A stretch of DNA of 64,000 nt from Eledone cirrhosa (Eukaryota), in contig OZ024745.1 of the NCBI GenBank assembly GCA_964016885.1, positions 119,784,001 through 119,848,000 on the forward strand. Direction: 5' to 3'. How positions within the stretch are numbered: position 1 is the stretch's first letter; each line of letters opens with the position of its first letter. The translations under genes were made by a program, and so were the position numbers. Under the pieces are notes generated by a model. The model ran no database searches. It had not been told where the DNA came from and saw only the letters and a list, made by a program, of their open reading frames with translations. Shown here one piece after another: positions 27,825 to 40,932 of the stretch.

Positions 27825-28030
27825 AGAGCCACAACGCCAGCAATTTTTGGTGAGAGGTTAAAGTCGAATAAATCGACCTCAGTGCATCACTGGTACTTTA
27901 TTTTGTCGACCCCGTAAGGATGAAAGGCAAAGTTAACCTCGGCGGGATTCGAACTCAGATCATAAAGGGCCGTAACTCTATGCTGCAACGGATGGCGTCC
28001 GACACTCTACCGATACTGCCAATCCACCGA
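27825..28030 (-). mobile_element. tRNA SINE
   Basis: Same family as 14176-14365, in reverse orientation. Confidence 0.85.
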
Positions 28031-28533
28031 GACGGAGGCATTAATACTAAACGATGCTTTCTTTCCTGGCTTAGTTTCATTGATTTTGTCTCCAGATACA
28101 TGAGGGTGGTTAGATTGACGCATTTAACATTTGAACTGTCTTCATTTATCTGAGTCAATAATACGAGGAATCTCAACTGAGAATTGATACAAATTTTGTG
28201 TGCATTTACCTTCACCTAGTTTTGAGTGGACACATGGCTTTAATTATCTCTATTTACTTTAAGAGAGGTCTCTAATGTACTTAAAGAGAGATTACAAAAT
28301 AGCAAATATACCACTACATACCATCGTTTGATAAGTTTTACGTTCCAATAATTTATTGACGTATTCAGCTGACACATATTGAACAAATGACAACACATAT
28401 TTCATCTTACTATGAATAAATTGCCTATAAAGTAATTAATGTCACGGATGACTGACCGCAACATCAATGTTTATACTCCAAAGATAGATATCAAATCATT
28501 TCTACCATTGGTAGTCTATCCGACAACCTAGAG

Positions 28534-28820
28534 CAGGCATGGGCATTCTTCTTCGATAAGCGGGCCGCATGAGATATGGCTCATCATCAGGTGGGCCGAA
28601 AGCGCTACATTCGTGCCCAAATTAAAAAAAAGTGGCTGTAACTCAGGTTGTTTTGATTTGTTTCTTCAGAATTCGTACACATTGTTTTCCTCGATCGTAA
28701 AAATTATAGAAAGATAAATTACGACTGAAAATTTGGAGTAAAAAAATGAGAAAGATTTCACTTAGGTTATTTAGGCGAGCCATTCAGAAAGCTTCACGGG
28801 CCGCAGGTTGCCAATAACTA
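28534..28820. mobile_element. hAT-type MITE (same family as 52764-53054, opposite orientation)
   Basis: TIRs CAGGCATGGGCA.../...GGTTGCCAATAACTA; degenerate 8-bp flanks ACCTAGAG/CCTTAGAC. Confidence 0.75.
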
Positions 28821-29389
28821 CCTTAGACGTTCAGCATTCTCAAACTCATAGTGTATTGAATAAGATGTTGGATGCTAACTAAACAATGATTTCCTTTTTT
28901 TTACTTTGTATTTATAACTAATTAAAATTTCACTCAATCATTTTATGATTGCTGACGTTTCGTGATATATCAAACGGATATTATATTAGATACAAAGGAA
29001 ATATTTTCATTAATGTATTTTTATAGAAATTATAGAATTAAACAAAGTAAAAACGCATTAATATTTGATTGTATTCTATTTAAAAGCTTTATCAGATAGA
29101 TAACTTTAATAATATCAATCACCAATAATGATGTACTCAAATCTCAACATATAGATGTCTGAATGTGAGTGTGTGTGTATTGGTGACTGAGAGAGTGTTG
29201 TGTGTGAGTGTGTGAGTGTGTGTGTGTGTGTGCGTGCGCGCATGTAATATATGTAATGTGTTACTTTGTACATAAGTTAAAGAGATTAAACCAGCGCCAA
29301 TATACATTCAGTACAAAGAACATTCTATTTGAATAACACTAATATTATTTTCTTCTTCACTTCTCTCTACGTACTGACTCGCGTATACA

Positions 29390-29474
29390 GACATACACAC
29401 ACACACACTGACACACATAGACACACATACACACACACACATACACATGCACACAAACACACATATATATATAT

Positions 29475-29530
<56 letters not shown>

Positions 29531-29817
29531 TCATATATATATACATACATATTCATATATATATACATACATATTCACATATATATATATATACATATTC
29601 ACATATATATATACATATTCATATATATATATATATATATATGTGAATATATATATATATATATATATTCACATATATATATATATATATATTCACATAT
29701 ATATATATATATATATTCACATATATATATATATATATTCACATATATATATATATATATATATATTCACATATATATATATATATACATATTCACATAT
29801 ATATATATATATACATA

Positions 29818-29885
<68 letters not shown>

Positions 29886-29907
29886 CACATATATATATAT
29901 ACATATT

Positions 29908-29949
<42 letters not shown>

Positions 29950-30015
29950 CATATATATATATATATATATTCACATATATATATATATATATTCACATAT
30001 ATATATATATATATT

Positions 30016-30053
<38 letters not shown>

Positions 30054-30073
30054 CATATATATATATATATATT

Positions 30074-30107
<34 letters not shown>

Positions 30108-30123
30108 CATATATATATACATA

Positions 30124-30187
<64 letters not shown>

Positions 30188-30274
30188 CATATATATATAT
30201 ATATATATATTCACATATATATATATACATATTCATATATATATATATACATATTCATATATATATATATATAG

Positions 30275-30313
<39 letters not shown>
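29390..30313. repeat. (TA)n array periodically interrupted by TTCACA/CATATTCA
   Basis: Direct inspection. Confidence 0.95.
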
Positions 30314-31489
30314 AGATTGTATGTGTGCAAGTATTCGTTGTTAAAAGGACATCTCAGAATGTTAGTGATACAGATTGTGCTTATATGTAGATGTATATAT
30401 TTATAGTTATATTGCGTGATTATGTCTGTTTCCTACGGGACCATTTTTGTGGCTATGTAAAAGTTATGTATATGTGCCTGTATCAACTGCACTCATACAT
30501 TTGTATGAATATGTTCATTCAAGTATATTTGAATGAATACTCTGTACATTTAATCACAGTTTCCAGGCTTTATGTAAAACTGTAGTTACATACCCAGTGC
30601 GTCTATGATACAAGTCATAAACATATATACAGCTCTAATGCTATGATACAAGTCCTAACCATATATACAGCTCTAATGCAAGAGCTGTAATTTCCTTAGT
30701 TTAAAACATATGTTCTCTGTCTCCCTGAAGATGCGGATACAATTTGGTCTAGGTATCATCTTGTTATAACCACCAGGGTAATATTTACTGCGGATATTAA
30801 ATGACATCGAACATGAGATTTCGATACCAATAATCGACTACGAGTGCTCCTCATATGCCATTCTATTCAGTGGTTTTGCGCACGCATTTGGATATTTCAC
30901 TGTGGTTTTCATGATTAAGAAGAAACATTTGCACATTCCATTTTGTATCTCATTTAATCATAAAGCCGCATGGTTGTGCTACGCATTAACATTTCACATT
31001 ATTCTTACAAAATGACATCAGGGGATCCTGGAAAGGGTTATTTACAACCCTAATGTTATGTCCTCTCATGTTGTGATACAAACCTGCGCTTGCAAATTCT
31101 AGGTTCCTCTACTAATTTCTGCCGATTTGGAAACTTTTTACTTGCCGCGTATAGATTGTATTTAAGCGCAACTAAATGTCTCTCGCCCATGCAATTTGTA
31201 GTGCTTATCATACAGCCGCAGGTCTTAGGTTCCGAATTTGTTATACCCTTTGCATTTGACGATACTATGCGATTCTCCAGTATTTTTGCTCAGTTTACCA
31301 ATGTTATATTTTATATATGCTTTTGATACGTGTTTTAGTTTAGTCTCTGTGCCGGATCATTACCGTATGCCATACAATGTGTAAAGGACGCGAGTCTCAA
31401 TTTAGTCTAGACATTATTTAGCAAATTGAACGATTCTGGATCTGTTCTAATATGTCGGAATGTCTCTCGTCTTCTGTCAAAATCATGGT

Positions 31490-31607
31490 TTATATATATA
31501 AATATATAAATATATAAATATATATATATATAAATATATAATTATATATATATATGTAAATATATAATTATATATATATATAAATATATAAATATATATA
31601 TATATAA

Positions 31608-31638
<31 letters not shown>

Positions 31639-31811
31639 AATATATATATGTATAAATATATAAATATATATATATATAAATATATAAATATAAATAAATA
31701 TATAAATATATATATAAATATATATATATATAAATATATAAATATATATATATAAATATATAAATATATATATAAATAAATATATATACATATATATATG
31801 TATATAAATAA

Positions 31812-31896
<85 letters not shown>

Positions 31897-31903
31897 CACA
31901 CAT
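31490..31903. repeat. (TA)n array with TAAA interruptions
   Basis: Direct inspection. Confidence 0.95.
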
Positions 31904-32061
31904 ATCCAGCGAATGTAACTTGGAGTTACTGTAGGTGCACCCGGGTGAGCATTCGATGTTTAGGTTCTCTTCGGTGTCGAGGTGTAGAGCTAGACAGAGT
32001 GTATTATAGTGAAATAAAATAACAAGGACGATTGGTTACTCCTTCATTACGTTTATTTGTT

Positions 32062-32146
32062 AGTGACGCGTGTTTCGCCACTGATCAGCTCAAGGTTCGA
32101 TCTGTATCGATATGACCTGACTGTGTAACCCGTGGCTCGTCAGACC
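32062..32146 (-). ncRNA. Type I hammerhead ribozyme with long stem II
   Basis: GGT-CTGACGA-GCCAC...GTGGC-GAAAC-ACGC-GTC-ACT, followed by AATAAA; the stem II insert folds as a hairpin. Confidence 0.8.
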
Positions 32147-32207
32147 CCTTGTAATGGTAATGGAAAAAAATATATAAACATATATATATATAAATATATA
32201 TATATAA

Positions 32208-32252
<45 letters not shown>

Positions 32253-32277
32253 TATAAATAAATATATATATATATAA

Positions 32278-32340
<63 letters not shown>

Positions 32341-32345
<5 letters not shown>

Positions 32346-32678
32346 GTGAGGTTTTTTTTTACAAAATGAAAAATAACCGAGGTGTCCTATACAAGTGAAA
32401 GTATAAAGAAAAAGAGATGAAATCGAAAATGCAACTGGAGTCTTATTTTTAAAAAAAATATATATATTTATTTGGTTCCTTTACCGGTTTCGCAGTTCTT
32501 CTGCTTTTCAAAAGGTGAGTTGAGATGGAGGGTCTGTGGTTTTTCTCACATCTGTGAGAAAAACCACAGACCCTCCATCTCAACTCATGCGAAACCGGTA
32601 AAGGAACCAAATAAATATATATATTTAAAAAAAAAAGACTTCAGTTGCATTTTCGATTTCATCTCTTTTTCTTTATAT
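32341..32678. mobile_element. Head-to-head fold-back mini-element in (TA)n
   Basis: Near-perfect palindrome 32402-32677 with its apex near 32551; the left arm carries an HHR that is deleted from the right arm. Confidence 0.85.
32478..32515 (-). ncRNA. Minimal hammerhead ribozyme with U3-A8 core variant
   Basis: CCTT-TTGAAAA-GCAG-aagaa-CTGC-GAAAC-CG-GTA-AAGG, followed by AATAAA. Confidence 0.75.
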
Positions 32679-33221
32679 ATATATATATATGTCTGTGTGT
32701 GTGTCTGTGTATGTATATAGCGATGTGTTTTCCTGATATCTCGATGAGAATTCTGATTTATGTTTTTAAGATGTCAATATGTTTATGGTATTTACAATTC
32801 TTTGTTTTTAAAATTTTACACAAATGTCATGTGGTAAGTGTCTATTGCGTAACTGATACTTATATAAGCTGTTTATTTAAAGGATTATAACCTCAGGATA
32901 TGCCTCCATATTTGTCCTAATAAATGCCGGTGCAGTTGCTTCGCAGTGGGAATTGAGCAACTCAGATATATAGTTTTCACACCAGTAGTTCTTGCCAGTT
33001 ACATAATTATTAATATGTTACATGAATACACCAATTTCACAGTTATAAGGATTAATATTTATGTAACTGACACGTGTTTCGTTATTATGTCAGTGATTGC
33101 ATCTAGAATCGGTAATCTAATGTATGTTTTCGGACAATTCGAATTCCATTATCCTGTATCAACAGATTTACATATCAAAGTCTAACAATGTTTTTACTCA
33201 TACAAGAAAATGTTTATATAT

Positions 33222-33540
33222 ATATTGTTATACTTTGGGAGGGTCATGTTGCCAATAAAAACACACCCCTGTTAGTTTTCACTTTAATTCATTATAAATT
33301 TCCTGTTGGGTGGTTGGTTTGTGCGAAAACCAGAAGGTTGTTTATGTATTGTCAAAGCTCTTTCGTCACACATTCTGTGACCTCATCAGTGACTAGGTTT
33401 TTATTTTGTGTGTCTCTCCTTTGTTCTGTCCTACACCATCTTGTTTTTATTGGCAACATGACCCTCCCAGAGTATAACAATATCTGTTTCAATATACGTT
33501 TTCAGATAAGAAATCTTGCAAAACAAATTGAAAAACGAAT
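33222..33540 (-). mobile_element. Non-coding fold-back element with internal HHR ('GGGAGGGTCATG' family)
   Basis: About 42-bp inverted repeats at 33222-33263 and 33442-33483, HHR inside, 57-bp extension, (TA)n flanks. Confidence 0.85.
33351..33393 (-). ncRNA. Minimal hammerhead ribozyme
   Basis: GTCA-CTGATGA-G-GTCACA-gaatg-TGTGAC-GAAAG-AG-CTT-TGAC. Confidence 0.8.
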
Positions 33541-33628
33541 TATATATATATATATATATATATGTATATACATGTATATGTACACACACTTATATACATA
33601 TGAATATGCGCATACACACACGTACATG

Positions 33629-33724
<96 letters not shown>

Positions 33725-35359
33725 AACTTTAGATTATATAAAGTCATAAATGTATCGAAATATCAACAGCTATATTGAGAGACAAAGATATGTAAATTTA
33801 TAAAGGAGTTCCTAAGCAGAAATAACAATAATAACTATCATTACCATTGATAGCAATATCATCATCATGATTTGTTTTTCTCTCCATGAGGCAGGGCTAC
33901 CATAGTTGACACAAGTGGCTGTTGATTTGTTGAATGAAGGCTAGTCATACGGCCAATGGGCAATGTCAGGATAACTTCACTGAGATTTAAAGAATCCCTT
34001 ATCGAGTTAGTGGTAGTGGTAAATTATTGTGACATCTTAATATTCTTAGTGATAAGAATTTGCGCGTTTGAATCTACAAACAAGTGGTAAAGTTACATAA
34101 TACCGATGAAGCCTACAATTGTTTATTTTATAATTGTGATCACCTTTCGTTGTTACTACTCTTGGCTTCGTGATTATTTACTTACCACAAAACAAATGAT
34201 TGTATTACAAAACACAGTATCTATGATGAATATTATGTATTTAGGTGTTCTCTACGTCAGAACGAAATGAAAAGTCATTAAGAAAATATTTTCAGAGAAA
34301 TTTAGTAGATTCCTAGTAATGCAAAACTCTAATTAAATACAGTGCGACAAAATGAAGACGCAGATATAAAATACAAAATAATAACTAAAAGAAAATGAGC
34401 TTCATAGAAAACTACAAACAATTAAATAAAATGTCAGGTCACTCTTGAATGCTACTGGTAGCATGTAACCCTGTACAACCTGTCGCATGGTCGGTCCGTC
34501 GGTGATTAAACCGGCAACACCACCAAGTTTACTTCGTGAGGATGGTGATTTTGGACAACGTGCAGGACAAAAAACAAAACCTGACAAAGGGCGGAAGAAC
34601 TCACAAGAGTCAAAGACCATCTAAAAAAAAAAAGAAAATCCTGCCAAATCAATTAGTGGCAGTAGTTCCAGCTGCACTCATTGAAAGACTGGTGCATCTG
34701 TTCTGAGAACAATGCGGGTTTGAAGATGGTCAATGCAAATTGGCAATAGAAAGGAACTTACGCTCGAGTTAGAAGAGAACTATTGACCTCCAGGTGAAGC
34801 AGCGACCCCTGATTGTGTTCAGCAACCGAAACAAATATGCAGTACACCAATCCAATGCTCCTAGGGCAGCTTCTGCTTATTTGCGAGTGTAAACTCGGCC
34901 AGATTAGATTAGATTATGGTTGTCGCATATGCACAGCTTAGTGTGGCTTGTTTATAAGTGGATGTAGTGTCGTCTATTTTCAAAAAAGGTAATTCTGTAT
35001 TATGTGCAATATAAATCAAATAAATATATCCATTTTATATATATATTTTATATTGTACACAAATCAGTAACATGAAAAGGGACATTACTCCCTTTTCTTA
35101 CAGCAAGGAATAATATCCTCTCGGTCAAGCTATTTTTTTTCTAAATGTTATAATCCCATACCGGATATTGGTGTATTCTAATCTAATAAATAGACATGAC
35201 AATAAGCAAGAACAATGTCTGAAAATGGAGAATACGTGATTGTATTACTAATGTTTATGTAACAGGTTAACGAGTGTATTACTAACACCATTTATGAAAT
35301 GTATTCATCCATTTCTAATAGATATGAAATTACACTCACGTGACTATATATATATATAA

Positions 35360-35386
<27 letters not shown>

Positions 35387-35390
<4 letters not shown>

Positions 35391-35601
35391 TATAATTTGT
35401 GAGCGTCATGTTACCAATAAAAACACACGCATCTGTCGGTTTTCACTTCAATTTATTATAAATTTCCAGTTGGTTGGTTTATTCGATAACCGGAAGGTTG
35501 TTTATATATTGTCAAAGCTCTTTCGTCACACATTCTGTGACCTCCTCAGTAACTAGGTTTTTATTTTGTGTGTCTGTCTTTTGTCTACCCTACACCATCT
35601 T
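35387..35601 (-). mobile_element. Partial copy of the 'GGGAGGGTCATG' family with HHR at 35511-35553
   Basis: Collinear with 33225-33441; core CTGAGGA; inserted beside (GA)n. Confidence 0.8.
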
Positions 35602-35770
35602 CAATAGTTGAAGATGATTCGTGATGGTTATTGCGTTATTGACTCTCACTGGGAATTGCAATCGTGTGAAACGAAAGCAGATATATGTTGGTATTAGCGG
35701 TATTCAAGGTATAAATACGATGTCTCCCTTACAATAACCAGTGAAGAATTTGACTTCGATAATTTAACGA

Positions 35771-35977
35771 TATATGTAGTCCAGACCCATAAATATATCG
35801 ACATATTGTACGATCTAGGTAGATACTGGTTCATTGATCCATATGATGACTGGCCGGAACCATCTCGCTATTGTGTTGCGGCATAGCGGATGGTTCCGGC
35901 CTGTTTAGATGGGATAATGAACAGTTTCTTCCTCGTCGACAATATGTCGATATATTTATGGGTCTGGCTACATATAG
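35771..35977. repeat. ~205-bp rod-like inverted repeat
   Basis: Outer arms TATATGTAG.CCAGACCCATAAATATATCGACATATTGT; inner arms GGCCGGAACCATC.CGCTA/TAGCGGATGGTTCCGGCC. Confidence 0.9.
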
Positions 35978-36139
35978 GGATCATTTGTGACAGATTGTTT
36001 ATTGATGGCGTTCATTGTGATGTTTTTTGAACGAGGATTGTTCTTTCACACAGCGACCTGTCGTTGGAATCTTGAATTTCGAAATTGGGGAACACTTTAC
36101 TGATTAAACTTTCGACGCTTTCCACAACAGTACAAAATA

Positions 36140-36516
36140 ATTGTTTTTACTTTTGGCACAAGGCCAGCAATTATCCGGTACTTTATTTTATCGACCCCGT
36201 AAGGATGAAAGGCAAAGTTAACCTCGGCAGGATTGGAATTCAGAATGGCAAGAGCCGTAACTCTATGCGCCAAAGCATGGCGTCCGACCCTCTAGCGATA
36301 CTGCCAATCCACCGCCCCAACAGTACAAAATAATTGTTTCTACTTTTGGCACAAGGCCAGCAATTACCCAGCACATTACTGGTACTTTATTTTATCGACC
36401 CCGTAAGGATGAAAGGCAAAGTTAACCTTGGAGGGATTTGAACTGAGTCCGTAAAGGGACGTAACTCTATGCTAGAAAGCTTGGCGTCCGACCCTCTACT
36501 GATACTGCCAATCCAC
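36140..36516 (-). mobile_element. Two tandem tRNA SINEs sharing the target repeat CAACAGTACAAAATAA
   Basis: Two near-full SINEs; the target sequence appears at ~36125, ~36318 and partially at ~36517. Confidence 0.85.
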
Positions 36517-36714
36517 TACAAAATAATGAAGGATCAAAACCCTCTTCAGTATCAAGGGATATTTTGCCTCCACCAAGTTTCAGAAGCTTCCGAGAAAACT
36601 CTGCAAAGACATTGTCCCCGTGAAGTTGTGTCCTCTCGCTTCCTCAATTGAGTTCGGTGTTACGAGGCTATAACGTTGTCTGTCTATTTTAGGCAGTCTC
36701 AAACAGTGAGTCTC

Positions 36715-37990
36715 CTTTTACATCCCAACTAAAAGTTGGTGGAAGTCCCATGGTAAAAGGACAGTGATTCCTCCAATGACTGTTGTGCCGTTCCAGATAC
36801 CTTTCAGTGTTCTGTCCAAAGCCTTCAATGGGTGTCTGGCCGCCATTGTGCATTCAACCCCCAAAATTACCACGCATCTTTGCAATACTTGGACAACTTC
36901 TGAATCCGTCTTTATATGACACGCGGGCATATCATTCAAACTGAGGTTCAATTCCAATTTGAAAGCAGAATTAGATGTCCGACCTTCAGTAAAAAGTGTG
37001 GCAACAATTCCATATGAAACAACCACTAAAGTTATTTTTTGGTCTTGTCAAATTTTAGATAACAATAGGTTTATCAAGAAGGTTTTACCAGTTTTACCCA
37101 GAGCATCGAAAAAAGTAGGTCATCATTCTGTTGCGGAATTGACTCAAGTATACTATTATATATTTCTACTTGGTCATATAGTTTTCCATAAAATATGAGA
37201 TGAGATATTCTACATTGCATGGAATTTCTCACAAAAATTAGTTCTATCGGTGCGACAAAAGCCTAATTTCAACTAAAGATGTGTTACAATGTTTCTATCT
37301 AAGGGTTTCTAAATTGTGCTTCGTGTGTCCTTGGACGTGTCGCTATACCTCTGCCAAGGATGGATTGGTGATGTCACAATCTGTTAATATAGTTGCGAAC
37401 TAATTTTAATATTTTTGGCCGTCCGAGATAGAGACGGCTCAGCAAATGATGCCTCCCATTGATAAATTTCTTATAAGGGTGGAATATCATTCACCGTAAA
37501 AAGTTCAACAAAGACTTGAGGGCTTCTAACTTCATAAAGCAGTATCATCGCGCTGTCCTGGTTGTATTGTATAAACCATACGTAGTATTGCTGCTTTACC
37601 AATTTCACGATGGCTTTCTACTGGTCTTGCACGGTTTCGCCGGTTGCATTTTCTCTTTGTTTATCAAAGGTGTCGAAGATAGTATTTGTCCGTTTTAGTA
37701 GAGTTCTTGTAAAGTTGTCAGTTCTATAATCTTTAAAAAATGCAAGCAAAGTTGTATTTCTTGGTGCCATGGTTTATTGAGTTGCATTTCGGGTTGTAAA
37801 ATACACTCGTTGTTCATTTTCCAAATGGTTGATGGTATTGCAGCTGTGGGTAATGGGCCTGAATTGGGAATTCAAAATTGTGCCAGCATACCTCCTCACT
37901 GCTGATATATCGGCTGTGTTGGACGTTGGACACATTATCGGACATATGTCGTTGTTATAGCGCAAACATATCAGCAGCAGAACCCTTATT
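36715..37990 (-). mobile_element. Helitron RepHel relic (PIF1-like helicase)
   Basis: HLENEQRVYF..NTTLLAFF; Walker A FFDALGKTGKTFLINLLL; GIVATLFTEGRTSNSAFKL; ECTMAARHPLKALDRTL..GGITVLLPWDFHQLL; stops and frameshifts. Confidence 0.9.
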
Positions 37991-38349
37991 GACGTAATTG
38001 TACACATACTTTATAGGTTCACTCGTAGGCCCATTCAGTTTGTTTGATTGTGAGCATTTCGGAGGTCAGATTATTTGGAAAAACAAAAAAACGCTTTTCT
38101 ATCAATTTAAATGGCTAAGATGTGGCTATCTGTAAGTCCGAAGGCCTTCGTCCACTCCGCCACCATTTTCGGAAAAACAAGTCGTTGGCGAGTGAGTCGG
38201 ATGTCAGAAAAATGAAAGGCTTACTACTGCAGAAATCTCCAAGACTGACAATATCCGAGCTCTCCCCAATTTCACCCCCACCTCCCTCCATTCCACTTTC
38301 GGAGAAAAAGTTGATTGCAAGTATACTGGAGGTCAGATTAGTTGATAAC

Positions 38350-38535
38350 TGTCTCTAATTTAGGCACAAGGCCAGCAAATTACCCAGTGCATTACTGGTA
38401 CTTTATTTTATCGACCCCCATAAAGATGAAAGGCAAAGTCAACCTCGGCGGGATTTGAACTCAGATCGTAAAGGGACGTAACTATGCTGGAAAGCATGGC
38501 GTCCGACCCTCCACTGATACTGCCAATCGACCGCC
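38350..38535 (-). mobile_element. tRNA SINE with 16-bp TSD
   Basis: TSD CAGATTAGTTGATAAC at 38334-38349 and 38536-38551. Confidence 0.9.
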
Positions 38536-38645
38536 CAGATTAGTTGATAACACCAAAGTTATAACCAATTTTAACCTTAGTTATAACCAATTTTATTCAG
38601 TGCTATAAGCGGTTAACAAACAAATTCCTTTATATGAGCATTATA

Positions 38646-38694
<49 letters not shown>

Positions 38695-38833
38695 CTTTTG
38701 CAAGGTTTTTCAATATATATATATATATATATATACAAATATATTGAAAAACCTTTCCTTATTATATATATATATATATATATAATAAGGAAATGCGAAG
38801 AAGTTTCAGATATTAAAGTTCTTTATTGATAAG

Positions 38834-38908
38834 GCTGTAATACATATTTCAATGACGTTAGTGAACCTGCGATTACACCTAACTAGTGCCATGATCTCAT
38901 CAGACAGC
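38834..38908 (-). ncRNA. Type I hammerhead ribozyme with long stem II
   Basis: GCTGT-CTGATGA-(~46 nt)-GAAAT-ATGT-ATT-ACAGC, followed by AATAAA and a tail into (TA)n. Confidence 0.7.
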
Positions 38909-39187
38909 TTCTTACATAATAAGGTTATGTTCCCGAGGCAATCCAAATTAAAACGACAAAGGAACAGACAAAGATGATGTTCTTGAAGCCTTCGCCCGTT
39001 CCCTTGTGAACCCTAATTCCCCTCCGCAGCTTTGCGACTGCGCAAATATGAAGGAAGTTTACCATCTAAATACTACCCCAAACACAACGGGATTAGCCTA
39101 GGCAAGGCATAGCCAATCTCCCACACCTCGGCCGGTAAGGTGACACCGTTACAGGGTTCACGCCAGCCACTAAGTTATAATTTACTG

Positions 39188-39264
<77 letters not shown>

Positions 39265-40161
39265 TCCTCTATGAGTGTGTGTGTATGTATCTATGCATGT
39301 ATGTATGTCAGGGCATTCTTCTAGGAGAAGGCAACTCAGGAAACTGGGATAACTCCGATATAAAAACTGCGGCTCAGTAGTTACCGATGATGTTCATCTT
39401 TTCTTCTTTTCGGGTTATAGCTACTCTCGCTTAGAGAGTGGGATTGGCTCAGTGCACAGTCTTTCCTCACTTTAAAAAATATTTTCAAGCACAGGCATTG
39501 CACAATAGAATTAATTAATAATTATTAATAATGGTATATCGTGCAATGGCCATACGCGATAACGAGGGGGCAGCCATCATGCATGTATGTGTGTGCCTTC
39601 TTTTGGTTTTATAATTTTATAATTTTTTACCAATAGAGAGAGAGAGTCGGTTTCTAACATAGAAACAAGACTCTCTCATTTGAATTTAAACAACATCAAT
39701 TAAGTAGATATGTCTGCACCTGCATATGCTTTGTATCTGTAAATGTGTACATACAGTTATTAGATGTATGTATGTATATATGTATGTGTGTGTATGTATG
39801 TATATTTAAGTACATTAACATATACATACGTGTATATGTGTTATGTATATCATATGTTATGCTTGAGGAAAAATATGAAAAATATCAAAATAAACTCTGT
39901 AACACCAAATACAAAAATAAAGAGTTATGATTTCCTATTTATACAAGAATAATAGTTACAATATTAAGCCAGAAAGTAAAAATGTCGACTACGTCTGGAA
40001 ATGATCAAACTACAGCATTAAATATATATCATCCCTAAAACAAGTTCCTACGAAATTTAAAAAGGGGTCAACCTCGTCCAAAAAATATAATTTAATAAAA
40101 GAAAGGGATTTACAAAAACACCAGATCAAACGTATATGGCAAATGCACCTTCATTAGAAAT

Positions 40162-40353
40162 AAATGTTTCTACTTTTGGCACAAGGCCAGCAATTACCGC
40201 AGTACATTACTGGTACTTTATTTGATCGACCCCGTAAGGATGAAAGGCAAAGTTAACCTCTACGGGATTTTAACTCAGACCGTAAAGGGACGTAACTATG
40301 CTAGAAAGCATGGCGTCCAACCCTATACCGATACTGACTGCCAATTCACCGCC
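40162..40353 (-). mobile_element. tRNA SINE
   Basis: Full-length reverse copy of the SINE family. Confidence 0.85.
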
Positions 40354-40564
40354 CTTAGACATAATATATTTTTCCTTCTTATTCTGCACAATAATATTGG
40401 TGTGATAAGTTCTTTAATATATAACTTAGCAAACAAAAATGAGATTGTTGCAGGTACTGAAGGAGATAATACTGTAAGTTAAAGTTGCTTTCTAAGGATT
40501 CAAATTATAGATAGAAATTCACAATGTTCATCACAAGTATGAAAATACACTCTTGACAAGTACA

Positions 40565-40690
40565 ACACGGAAGAGCCGAACTCTCACCGTCATCGCTCCC
40601 ATCTTTCTCGCCCTTCCCATCTCTCTGTATAGTGAGCAAATCGTGTCCGACGTGCTGGCCACACCACATCCCAGGCGGACAGAATAGTGG
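40565..40690 (-). mobile_element. CRE element 3' UTR fragment
   Basis: GAAGAGCCGAACTCTCACCGTCATCGCTCCCATC...CCAGGCGGACAGAATAG matches 19811-19930. Confidence 0.7.
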
Positions 40691-40932
40691 TTCAATCCAT
40701 CGTGCCTTCTTTCATTTATATACTGAGTGGCAATCTTCTTAGTTCTTCTCTCTCACAGAGTCCTTCTTTTCTATCTTTTATTACATTTTTGATGAACATC
40801 TAACGTCCGAAACGTTATACTCATTTTCCTTTCGTAATATATCAATCACTACTCTGATACATTCGCACACACACACACACATGCACCACCAACCCCCATA
40901 TATATTTATAAATATATATATTTATATATATA

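Noticed and set aside
30725-30820. CTGAAGA...CATCGAAC hammerhead-like remnant
   Set aside because: GAAA and the cleavage triplet are incomplete.
31050-31480. Minus-strand reading frames with Cys/Lys-rich stretches
   Set aside because: Multiple stops and no recognisable family motif.
34430-34890. GC-richer segment, possibly a LINE 5' UTR (also 39310-39500)
   Set aside because: No adjacent ORF or second copy in the window supports a call.
40789-40820. TTGATGA...CGAAACGTTA motif (similar partial motifs near 20690, 28955 and 33066)
   Set aside because: Stems or one half of the core are missing, so these are not called as ribozymes.
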